A stretch of 33,321 nt of DNA from Thermoplasmata archaeon (GTDB taxonomy: Archaea > Thermoplasmatota > E2 > UBA202 > JdFR-43): the NCBI GenBank assembly GCA_008297865.1, contig VBQI01000008.1, positions 1 through 33,321 of the forward strand. Reading direction: 5' to 3'. The notes beneath the pieces are model-generated. The model had not been told where the DNA came from and did not search any database. It saw nothing but the letters and a program-made list of their open reading frames with translations. Positions 9,477-18,965 of this stretch are shown piece after piece; within the stretch, counting starts at the first letter, position 1; every line of letters starts with the position of its first letter. The position numbers were made by a program, and so were the translations under genes.

Positions 9477-10836
9477 CTATCTTCCTAAATCCATTGAAAG
9501 AACTCTCCTCATTTCTTCAGCACAGCCCCTCATTTCATCTCCTTTAGCTCTTTTTACTTCGGGCTCAAGAACAGGCGTCTCTCTCTCACAAGCAGGACAA
9601 TGTTCGAGCATTCTAACTTCATCTCCAGAAATAATGAAGCTGGGATAACTTGTAGCGAGTCCATCAAGGAAGGCAAACCTCCCTTTTTCTCCATAGCTTA
9701 CTTGCTCACCATTCTCATCTAAAACCATTGCATGATAGTATGTTGTTGGAACATGCAAATAATGTCCTTCTGGGCAATGAACCATCCAACCATTTCCTTC
9801 GACCATTCCATATAAATCGAGGCAATTCTCAGGGGGTATGCCCAATAGTTTCTCCACCTTCTCTCTAAATTCCTTGACTGGTAGCCTTTTATCTTCATAA
9901 ATTTTCCATCCACCGCCTGTTCCAACGGCTCCTCTTTCTCCAAAATCAAAAGATTCACCATTTCTTTCTAATTCTTCCATTACAAAATATAATATGAAAG
10001 GAGCACCAACCATTCCTACCTTGTTTCCCTCTTTATAATTTTTTCTTATCCAATTTATGATGCGGTTAATCATCTTCTTGTTTTCTCTTTGCATTGCGTA
10101 TCTGATTATTCTTCCTTTTAAATTATTTTGCATTGCTGCCTGAATCAAATCTGCAGTAAGCTCTCTGTCTAAAGCAACTTGCACATCTTTTATTACATCA
10201 AAATAAACACTGCATACCTTGCCGGCAAAAACGTTTGTTTTAAATGGATTTGGCATAAATAGGTAGCCATTTATATCTGGCTCCCAAAAAGGATACAACA
10301 TTGTAATTAAAGATTTTGCAATTCCATATTCAGCAGAATTAAAAGTCCTTTGATCTCTTGGGATAAACGTATGTATACCGCTTGTCCCACTGCTATATGA
10401 TATAACCAAGCCAGCGTCATTAAACTTATTGATTATTTCATCATGGCTATCATTTTTTTTCACAACTATGTTAGGTAATTCCCCTGTATAGACGGTAGCA
10501 AGCCACATTGCAAATTCTTTTCCAGAGGGATAATTCTTATAAAATTTGTCTGGAATGAGAGGTATTTTGCTAAAATCGTCAATACTTTTTATATCATCTG
10601 GTGTTACACAGTTCTCCTTACAGAATTTTTTATAAAAAGAATTATTTTCGTAATGATGTTTGAATGCATATTTAATCGCCCTAAATTTATATTCCTCCGC
10701 TTCTTTCTTTGGCCTTTGGCACGTTAAATAAGTCTAATGGTTTATACAGAGCCTCTTCTGCGGGGGTCATAGGATTAGGTATGTATTTGTGAAGCTTTTT
10801 ATTCAGGTTTTTTATATAATCTTCAAATTTTATCAT
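9477..10836 (-). pseudogene. LuxE-like acyl-protein synthetase (ANL-related), frameshifted near the 5' end
   Basis: YSSGTSG, GTGGGWK, DLYGMVE, HLHVP-like HYLHVP, ISGD, RGC. The real start is ATG 10836 (MIKFEDY...); removing one CTTTGGC copy at 10707-10720 restores a 450-aa frame including FKHHYENNSFYKKFC...IPLIP. Confidence 0.8.
10707..10720. repeat. 7-bp perfect tandem duplication CTTTGGC x2
   Basis: Read directly; coincides with the frame switch in the LuxE-like gene. Confidence 0.9.
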
Positions 10837-10912
10837 TGTTTGAAATTTCCTGCTTTATTATATCATTTATTTAAATCATATTTTAATTTGGTTAAAAACT
10901 TTTTGAATGCAT

Positions 10913-10942
10913 TTTGGGACATATAACTTTGGGATATATAAT
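10913..10942. repeat. Tandem imperfect 15-bp direct repeat in the luxE-like/cdc6 divergent intergenic region
   Basis: TTTGGGACATATAAC followed by TTTGGGATATATAAT (13/15 identical). Confidence 0.7.
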
Positions 10943-10978
10943 ATAGAAAATAATAAAAGAAGGAATTAAATTATTATT

Positions 10979-12004
10979 GTGATTTTGAGAGACATTAGAA
11001 AGCTCGAGCTTTCATATATTCCAGAAAAAATTTTATGCAGAAACGAAGAACTGCAGAGATTAAAACTGCTTGTAGAAAGTGGTAGAGCTTTGATAAGCGG
11101 GGGTGTAGGAACAGGAAAAACACTTCTTGCCCGTTATATTGGAGGAGATGCATATGTAAATTGTTACATAAACAAAACAGAGCATAGGGTTTTAGAAGAA
11201 ATTTTAAAACAGATTAAACCAAGATTTAATCCAGCTGGGTTGCCGACGCAAAAATTGTGGAATGAGATAGAAGAAGGAAAACAACTAATTTTAGATGAAA
11301 TAGATGGAATGCACACCAATGAGCTAAGACACTTTGCTTATGCAATATCTAGGCAACATGAGATAGGCAAAAAAATAAAATATATTGCGATTACAAGAAG
11401 CTCTACAATTTTAAGACAAATAATAAATGATGATGCAACATGGAGCACCTTTGCGAACAATGCTATAGTTGAACTAAGACCATACACATGGGAACAAATT
11501 AAAGAAATTTTGGAATATAGGGCAAGCCAGAGTCTGCGCTCGGATAGCTATGATGATGAAATTATTTCATTAATTGCGGATATTGCATTACAATCACATG
11601 GTCATATGAGAACTGGTATAGATTTACTCAGAAATTCTGCTATGATAGCAGATAGCAGGGGAAAAGATAAGATAGAGCCAGAAGATGTAAGAGAAGCCAA
11701 TAGAGAGGATATGATAAGTGATATAGAAAGTATGGAAGTGAATGATGCCATTCTTTTACTTGCTGTTGCCACCGCCTGCAGGAATAGAGCTTATGTTAGT
11801 TTGGAGGAGATGAAGGATTATTTGCAGGTTAAAGGAGAAGAATATGGGATAATAATGGGTGACAGAAAATTTGAAGCAACTTTACAAAGCTTACTACAGC
11901 AAGGATTTATCTATGAAGGGAAATATGGTTATACAATTCTTCAATGCCCAACAAGCGTGCTTATAAAAGAAATTGAGGAGAAAATGAAAAAGATTACTTC
12001 TTGA
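10979..12004 (+). CDS. Divergent Orc1/Cdc6-like AAA+ ATPase
   Basis: LSYIPEKILCR.EEL, Walker A GGVGTGKT, YVNC, Walker B LILDEID, PYT.EQI.EIL..R, GHMR.GIDLLR, short winged-helix-like tail; GTG start. Confidence 0.8.
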   Translation: MILRDIRKLELSYIPEKILCRNEELQRLKLLVESGRALISGGVGTGKTLLARYIGGDAYVNCYINKTEHRVLEEILKQIKPRFNPAGLPTQKLWNEIEEGKQLILDEIDGMHTNELRHFAYAISRQHEIGKKIKYIAITRSSTILRQIINDDATWSTFANNAIVELRPYTWEQIKEILEYRASQSLRSDSYDDEIISLIADIALQSHGHMRTGIDLLRNSAMIADSRGKDKIEPEDVREANREDMISDIESMEVNDAILLLAVATACRNRAYVSLEEMKDYLQVKGEEYGIIMGDRKFEATLQSLLQQGFIYEGKYGYTILQCPTSVLIKEIEEKMKKITS

Positions 12005-13406
12005 TTAATCTACTTATTATTTCTTTGTCTATTTTTTCTTTCTCTTTCTTTTCTTCTTTATAAATTCTCCATGGTAGTTTATGGCTTTCCATAGTAAGCA
12101 CATATATAATGCTTCCAATTCCAATCCAAGTTATGAGGAAAATAAAACCAGACATTGCATCTTCAAGCCTTAAAATAATAACCAAAGAAAAGAGCCGAGG
12201 AAAGCATGCCAAATAGAGCGACAATCCACAATCCTTTAAATTTGAATTTTGCTTTCTTATAAATTTCTGGGCGTTTATACGGCAGTATTAAGGTAGATAT
12301 TGATATGGAAATGTAAATTAACAAGACCGCCATATTTATCATCATAACTGCTGTCATAAACTGCTTGGCAAGAAGAATTATGATTATTGCCATAACTGTA
12401 TTTATTATTAAAGTCCACTTTGGCACCCCAAATTTATTCAGTTGCGCAAGCTTCTCCGGAACAATTCTATCCTTAGCCATGCAAAGGAAAGGCGGGAGGT
12501 AGCAAGCATCATTGGATTTATATCAGAGATTATTGCAATAGAGCCCGCAAAAGCGACATAAACTGCTATTAAAGATGGTAAAAAGTGCTTTGCCACATCC
12601 GGAACTGAGCCAGCTGAAAAATCGTATGAAGCATAGAAAGATGGACTCATGGAACCATATGTTATTAAAGCTACCATAACGTAAATGATTGCTATAAAAA
12701 GCATTGAAATAATTATTCCTCTCGGAAGCACTCTCTCTGGATTTTTAATTTCATCTCCTGCATTTGCAATTGCTGCAAATCCTATATAGCTAAAGAAAAT
12801 TAGACTGCTTGCCTTTGCAATGGAAGATAGATTTATTCTAAAAGAATATTCTAAATTACTCATGCTAATATTTGGAAGCCCAAATAAGATAAATAATGAA
12901 ATTCCCATCATTAAAAGAATAAACATTGCTGTCTGGATTCTCCCATATATTTTTACTCCCATATAATTTACCAATAAAAATATGATGACAAGAAGAATTG
13001 CCACCACTTGTATATTTCTTGAGATGAAAAAAGATATGGAGTGCAGATTTATTATATCAAAGAAATTATTTATAAGAATAATATCGCCAACTGCCATTGC
13101 CGCTATGGTGGCAATCATTGCAAACCATCTGGCCCATGTGGAAATGAAACCAACGAAAGGATCAATAATTCTGCTGACAAAAACATATTCTCCACCTGAT
13201 GAAGGCAAAGCCGAGGATAAAACAGCGTAGCAAAGAGCCATAAAAAATGCAGGAATTGCTGCAATCACATATGAAATGATTATGGAAGAACCAATACTAA
13301 CTTTACTCTGAATCTGAATCGTTGATATAAAAAGTCCACCCCCAATAACTGCTGTAACTACAGTTGCAACGACTTCCTTTAATCCAAGTTCTCTTCTCAG
13401 TTCCAT
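11994..13406 (-). pseudogene. APC-family amino acid permease, two frameshifts
   Basis: ELRRELGL, IGGGLF, PSSGGEY, FFSYIGF, EIKNPERVLPRG, SRLSFAW/AKDRIVP. A missing G near 12477 and an extra T near 12185 split it into the three track ORFs. Confidence 0.85.
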
Positions 13407-13409
13407 TTC

Positions 13410-15389
13410 TCACCCGAAAAGAGGAAGAAAAACAAGGCTTACTATTGACATCAATTTTATAAGTATGTTCAGAGATGGTCCAGCTGTATCCTTGCATGGG
13501 TCGCCGACCGTATCGCCAACCACCGCCGCTTTATGGGCGAAGCTTCCTTTGCCCCCAAGATTGCCTGCTTCAATATATTTCTTTGCGTTGTCCCATGCCC
13601 CGCCAGCGTTTGCAAGAAATATGGCTAAAAGAAAGCCAGAAGCCGTTGCTCCAGCAAGCAAGCCAATTAACGCTTCCACCCTCCATACTCCGATTATAAT
13701 GGGAACAATAACCGCCAAGCTTGATGGAAGAATCATTTCTCTTAATGCTCCTCTTGTAGCTATTTTAACACATCTCTCATAATCTGGTTTTCCTTTGCCT
13801 TCTAAAATGCCGAACTCTCTGAATTGCCTTCTCACTTCATTTACCATTTTTCCAGCTGCCCTACCAACTGCACCTATGGTGAGAGAAGAAAAAAGAAAAG
13901 GAAGCATTGCCCCTACAAAAATGCCAGTCATTAAATAGGGGGATGTTAACTTTACGTTAATTACTCCAACCACCTCTTCTGCTTTTTTAACAAAAGTAAA
14001 GAGAAGTGCTAAAGCAGTTATAGCAGCTGAGCCAATGGCAAAACCTTTTCCCATTGCAGCAGTTGTATTGCCTACAGCATCTAAACTTTCTGTTCTTTTC
14101 CTTATTTCCTCTCCAAGTCCAGCCATCTCTGCTATGCCAGCAGCATTGTCAGCGACGGGACCATAACAATCTGTTGCAAGAGTAATGCCAAGCGTTGAAA
14201 GCATACCAACTGCTGCCAAAGCTATGCCGTAAAATCCAGCAAATTCATAGGCAACAACCATTGCTATGCATGTTGAAACAATTGGTATGGCTGTGCTGAT
14301 CATGCCTATTGACATTCCTTGCAATATGTCTGTTGCTGCTCCTGTCTGAGCCGCTTTTGCAATTTTTTGTGCTGGTTTTCGCTGTTCAGAAGTAAAATAT
14401 TCTGTTGACAAGCCTATTACTATACCATCTATTAAGCCAACAAGAACTGCAAAAAACGGATTATAGTCGGATAGCAAAATATGTGTTATAACAAATGCAA
14501 TTACGGCAAATATGATAGCAGAGCCAAATAATCCATTTCTTAATGCTGAGTATACATTTTTCCCTCTAACAAAAATCATTGCTGAAATAGAAGCAAGGAT
14601 TCCCAAGCCTGCTATAATCAATGGATAAACTTTTGCATATGCATAAGTTACAAGGAAGGCAAGAGATATAGCAGAGATTATGGAATCAACATATGACTCA
14701 AATAAATCTGCTCCCATTCCCGCAACGTCGCCAACATTATCACCAACATTATCAGCTATAACTGCAGGGTTTCGAGGGTCATCTTCAGGTATGCCCTCTT
14801 CAACTTTTCCAACTAAATCCGCTCCTATATCAGCGGATTTGGTGTATATGCCTCCTCCTACTCTTGCAAACAATGCAATGCTACTTGCTCCAAAACCAAA
14901 GCCAAAAAGAATGCTTGAAAGAATGCTCGAGTCTTCCCCAAAAGTCAAATAGAATACACTCACTCCAATTATTCCAAGTCCAACAACAGCAAGCCCCATG
15001 ACGGCGCCAGAAGAAAAAGCAACGAGCAAGCCATTTCTCACCGATTTTTTTGATGCCTCAGCTGTTCTCGCATTTGCTTTTGTTGCAACTCTCATACCAA
15101 TGTTTCCAGCTAAGCCCGAGAAAAAAGCTCCCGTTAGAAAAGCTATTGCAGTCTGCCAGGGCAAGTTTGTGAAGTAGCTTGCTACAAACAGAAAAAGCAT
15201 TACTATTATTACAAAAATTGCTATAATTTTGTATTCTTCATTCAAGAAAGTGATGGCCCCCTTTTGTATAGCCTTAGAAATTTCTACCATTTTTTCATTC
15301 CCTGCTGGCTTTTTTAGGATATATACTATTAAGGCAAAAGCTGAGAAAATTGAAACGAGTCCCGTAAATAGAGGAAAGAGTTCTAACAT
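13410..15389 (-). CDS. hppA: Membrane-bound pyrophosphatase, K+-dependent, probably Na+-translocating
   Basis: GGIYTKSADIGADLVGKVE, EDDPRN, DNVGDNVGD, DLFESY, GNTTAA (Ala indicates K+ dependence), GDTVGDPCKD. Confidence 0.95.
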   Translation of the reverse strand: MLELFPLFTGLVSIFSAFALIVYILKKPAGNEKMVEISKAIQKGAITFLNEEYKIIAIFVIIVMLFLFVASYFTNLPWQTAIAFLTGAFFSGLAGNIGMRVATKANARTAEASKKSVRNGLLVAFSSGAVMGLAVVGLGIIGVSVFYLTFGEDSSILSSILFGFGFGASSIALFARVGGGIYTKSADIGADLVGKVEEGIPEDDPRNPAVIADNVGDNVGDVAGMGADLFESYVDSIISAISLAFLVTYAYAKVYPLIIAGLGILASISAMIFVRGKNVYSALRNGLFGSAIIFAVIAFVITHILLSDYNPFFAVLVGLIDGIVIGLSTEYFTSEQRKPAQKIAKAAQTGAATDILQGMSIGMISTAIPIVSTCIAMVVAYEFAGFYGIALAAVGMLSTLGITLATDCYGPVADNAAGIAEMAGLGEEIRKRTESLDAVGNTTAAMGKGFAIGSAAITALALLFTFVKKAEEVVGVINVKLTSPYLMTGIFVGAMLPFLFSSLTIGAVGRAAGKMVNEVRRQFREFGILEGKGKPDYERCVKIATRGALREMILPSSLAVIVPIIIGVWRVEALIGLLAGATASGFLLAIFLANAGGAWDNAKKYIEAGNLGGKGSFAHKAAVVGDTVGDPCKDTAGPSLNILIKLMSIVSLVFLPLFG

Positions 15390-15476
15390 GGGAAGGAAAA
15401 TGATTTCCCTACTTAATTTTATCGCAATAATTTCGCCTTTTGATAGTCTATCAGCGCGACCATGATAAAAGCTTCA

Positions 15477-15762
15477 CTACTTTCTGAATCCTCCCATGTC
15501 AATGCCTATTCCAAAATAGCCTTGTGTCCATAGCGACCAATCTTTTCCTTTGTTTGAATAATCATCGACGCCAAATATATTTATTAGGAAGGCAAAACAC
15601 CACCTGCATAAGCCGTAAATCTGCATTGAGAATTCATTTATTAAATGAAATAGATTTTCATGCAGATTAAACTGTAAAAATATTCTTGTTCATATAACTA
15701 TCTACACTATAAGTTGATGAAAAAATGAGTAAAGGAAGAATAAAGCAGACTAACTTTTTCAT
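15477..15762 (-). pseudogene. Possible frameshifted small secreted hypothetical protein
   Basis: MKKLVCFILPLLIFSSTYS signal-like start at 15762; removing one T in the run near 15678 gives a continuous 94-aa frame ending ...GYFGIGIDMGGFRK*. Confidence 0.35.
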
Positions 15763-15886
15763 GGAATTAATTTATGTAGTATCTATATGTTTTTCGCAAA
15801 CATCATGGGAAAGTTTTCTCTCAAAAAATTTGTTGGGTATGGAGATGATAGAGGGGTAAAATGAAGGAAAAGGAGCAATAATTTTG

Positions 15887-17314
15887 TTAACTTTGTATTA
15901 AAGGTATGTAAATTGGAGGAATTGCTGGAGGGAAATTGGCGTTAACTTTTTCAGTATTAAAGCCTGGCTTTATTTCCGTTAATGACCATGGAAAGAAAGT
16001 TATTCTTCCTCCTCCAACCCACCATATTCCATCACCAAATAATCCAAATGTTAAAGGACCGAATATGCTTCCCCAATAATTATAGCGGGCATCCGAAATA
16101 CTTGAATTTGCAAATAAGCCCCATCCATTTCCAAAAATATTGTTGTGATTGATTGTATTATCCTGAGTCTTATATAAGTATACTCCACATACTTTGTTGC
16201 CAATTATGTTGCAATATTCTACGACATTATTTCCTTCCTCATATATCTCTATGCCGAGATTTTCATTTTCAATTAAACTACAATTTTTTACCTTATTGGC
16301 AGAGGAGAAATATATTACCATGCCTGGATATCCATTCCTTTGAGAAACAGTATTTTTTATAATATTATTTTTAGAATACAAAATAGTCACTCCATTGTAT
16401 ATACTATCTGAAATGCTACAATTATCTATTTTGCTACCCTCAGCCATATAAAGAGCTATACCAGCTAAATTGTTTGATAAACTACAATTGGATATATGAG
16501 AATTATTACTATATGTTATTGCCAAACCGGTATTTTCACTATAAGATATATTGCATTTCTGGATTATTGTATTATCTGAATAGGAGACTATCATTCCAAC
16601 ATTTTCTTCACTCCCACAAAAATTAATTGTGGAGCCAATAATCTTATTATTTGGAGATTCCCTAATGTAAATTGCGGTGGAGCATCTATAAAAATTTGAA
16701 TTAATTGTATTTTCCTTTGACTTATATACATATACACCCGTCCAGTTTGCGAGGGTAAAATTACAGTTCATCACATCATTGTAATTTGAATCAATGGTTA
16801 GCAAGATAGATTGTCCTTGGAGCCCTTCGAAAATGCAATCTTTAAATTTGTTATGAACGGATTTATAGACTATTGCCCCATGAAAATCATTTATAAATTT
16901 ACATTTAGTGATTTCGCAATAGCTATCATTGTTCATATATATGCCTTCATGATAATAATGTTGTTTGCTATTCATTATTGTAAAGTTAGATATTTTAATA
17001 GCCTTGCAACTATAAATGTTAATTACATTACCCTCTAAATTGCCATCTATTATTGTATTATTTATATCCTCTCCGATGATTGTTATATTTCGCTTATTGT
17101 AAATATAAAGAATTTCCTTATACGTCCCAGCATATACGAAGATGGTATCTCCTGCAGAAGCATGATTGATTGCATCCTGAATTTTAGTATAATTGCCTTC
17201 GCCAGAACCTCCAACAAACAATCTGTTGCCAGATATCTTATCCATCGGTGTATCTGCTAACAGAGTGGGCAAAAATAAAACAAATCCTATGGCGATAGCA
17301 ATAACCTTACTCAT
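15887..17314 (-). CDS. Secreted right-handed parallel beta-helix (NosD/CASH) protein
   Basis: Signal peptide, VGGSGEGNYTKIQDAINHA..GDTIFV..GTY.E, many GI.(L/I)..S.NN.I..C repeats, DARYNYWG. Confidence 0.88.
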   Translation of the reverse strand: MSKVIAIAIGFVLFLPTLLADTPMDKISGNRLFVGGSGEGNYTKIQDAINHASAGDTIFVYAGTYKEILYIYNKRNITIIGEDINNTIIDGNLEGNVINIYSCKAIKISNFTIMNSKQHYYHEGIYMNNDSYCEITKCKFINDFHGAIVYKSVHNKFKDCIFEGLQGQSILLTIDSNYNDVMNCNFTLANWTGVYVYKSKENTINSNFYRCSTAIYIRESPNNKIIGSTINFCGSEENVGMIVSYSDNTIIQKCNISYSENTGLAITYSNNSHISNCSLSNNLAGIALYMAEGSKIDNCSISDSIYNGVTILYSKNNIIKNTVSQRNGYPGMVIYFSSANKVKNCSLIENENLGIEIYEEGNNVVEYCNIIGNKVCGVYLYKTQDNTINHNNIFGNGWGLFANSSISDARYNYWGSIFGPLTFGLFGDGIWWVGGGRITFFPWSLTEIKPGFNTEKVNANFPPAIPPIYIPLIQS

Positions 17315-17409
17315 TTTACCCCCGAGACATGAAATATTTGCAATTTTATTAAGCTTTCTGTTTTTGATATAAAGACAGTTAATTTAAATATTCTTCAACT
17401 ATTTCTCTC

Positions 17410-18579
17410 ATGCACCTTACTCCAGAGCAGGAAAAAATGCTTGAAGGTGAGCATGGAGAGATGATTGCGAAGATGATGCGCCTGCTTGTGAGGCTTGGCG
17501 ATGTATACAATGCCAGCAAAATGATTCCTGTTGCTTCTGTGCAGGTGGCGGGTGTATCATATAAAAGTATAGGAGATGCTGGCTTGGAATTTTTGCAGGA
17601 TATTGCAAGAGAAGCTAGAGTGAAAGTTCTAACTTTCTTAAATCCTGCTGGCATGGATTTAGAAAACTGGCGGGAAATGGGTATAGACGAGGGATTTGCA
17701 AAAAAGCAGGCTGCAATTATTGAAGCATTTAAGAAGATGGGCATTGTTATTTCAGCAACATGCACCCCTTACTTAGCTGGAAATTTGCCTCGTTATCGTC
17801 AACACATAGCATGGAGTGAATCATCTGCAGTTTCTTTTGCTAACTCAGTTATAGGAGCCCGGACTAACAGGGAGGGAGGACCTTCTGCCTTAGCTGCCGC
17901 CATAACTGGCTTCACACCTTATTATGGATTGCATTTAGATGAAAACAGACAGTCCAATGTAATTGTGGAAGTAAAGGCGGAGCTTAAAACCAGCACAGAC
18001 TTTGCAGCAATGGGACATTATGTTGGTAGAGAAGTTAAGAAAGGCATCCCTTACTTTAAAGGTATAAAGAATGCAGATGTTGATGATTTAAAGGGACTGG
18101 GAGCAGCAATAGCAGCTTCTGGAGCCATAGCATTATATCATGCTGAAGGTATTACTCCTGAGGCAAAAGAAGTTAACATTGAAGGCTTAGAAAAGATTGA
18201 ATTTGGAGAGGAAGAAAAAAGAGAAACTTATGAGAGGCTTAATACAGGAGAAGAAGAGGATATAATAATTTTTGGCTGTCCCCATGCATCGCTGAAGGAA
18301 ATAATTAAAATTTCAAAACTTGTTGAAGGAAGAAAAGCAAGAAAGCCATTCTGGATATGTACTTCAAGGGCTGTGAAGGAGATTGCAGAAAGGATGGAAC
18401 TAGATGAAAAGATAAGCAAGGCAGGAGGAAAAATTGTTGCTGATACCTGCATGGTTGTATCACCTATAGAAAAGTTATTCAGCACGACCGCAGTCAACTC
18501 TGCTAAAGCAGCTCATTATTTGCCAGGCTTCTGTAAGCAAAAGGTAATTTTTAAAAGTATGGAGGAATTATTACTATGA
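17410..18579 (+). CDS. Aconitase X large subunit (phosphomevalonate dehydratase large subunit, DUF521)
   Basis: GVSYKSIG, TCTPY, WSESSA, GARTNREGG, GCPHAS, DTCMVVSP; linked to IPK. Confidence 0.92.
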   Translation: MHLTPEQEKMLEGEHGEMIAKMMRLLVRLGDVYNASKMIPVASVQVAGVSYKSIGDAGLEFLQDIAREARVKVLTFLNPAGMDLENWREMGIDEGFAKKQAAIIEAFKKMGIVISATCTPYLAGNLPRYRQHIAWSESSAVSFANSVIGARTNREGGPSALAAAITGFTPYYGLHLDENRQSNVIVEVKAELKTSTDFAAMGHYVGREVKKGIPYFKGIKNADVDDLKGLGAAIAASGAIALYHAEGITPEAKEVNIEGLEKIEFGEEEKRETYERLNTGEEEDIIIFGCPHASLKEIIKISKLVEGRKARKPFWICTSRAVKEIAERMELDEKISKAGGKIVADTCMVVSPIEKLFSTTAVNSAKAAHYLPGFCKQKVIFKSMEELLL

Positions 18580-18965
18580 AGGCTCGAACTATATATCCTG
18601 GAAAGGCCGAAGGACAAGCCATCGTAAGCCATGAGCCTATTGGTTTTTATGGTGGAATTGACATGAAAACAGGCATTGTTATAGAAAAGGGACATGAACT
18701 TGAAGGGCAATGTGTTAAAGATAAAATACTTATATTTCCATATGGGAAGGGCTCCACAGTCGGGAGCTACGTTATATACGGCTTAAAGAAAAATGGCGTC
18801 GCACCGAAAGCCATAGTGAACAAGGAAACGGAGATTATTGTTGCTACTGGAGCAATTTTAGCTGGCATAGTTTGCGTAGATAGTATAGACATTGAGAAAA
18901 TAAAAAGTGGAGATTATGTTATAATTGAAGCTGGAGAAAAAGAAGCGGAAGTTACAGTAAAATGA
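18576..18965 (+). CDS. Aconitase X swivel subunit (phosphomevalonate dehydratase small subunit, DUF126)
   Basis: FYGGID..TG, GKGSTVGSYV, APKAIV; ATGA overlap with the large subunit. Confidence 0.92.
   Translation: MKARTIYPGKAEGQAIVSHEPIGFYGGIDMKTGIVIEKGHELEGQCVKDKILIFPYGKGSTVGSYVIYGLKKNGVAPKAIVNKETEIIVATGAILAGIVCVDSIDIEKIKSGDYVIIEAGEKEAEVTVK

Noticed and set aside
9477-10836. Bioluminescence (lux) operon
   Set aside because: No luxA/B/C/D homologs; LuxE-like proteins occur widely outside luminescence
10837-10978. Canonical chromosomal replication origin next to cdc6
   Set aside because: No ORB-like TCCA..GAAAC/G-string boxes were seen, and the region is only about 140 bp
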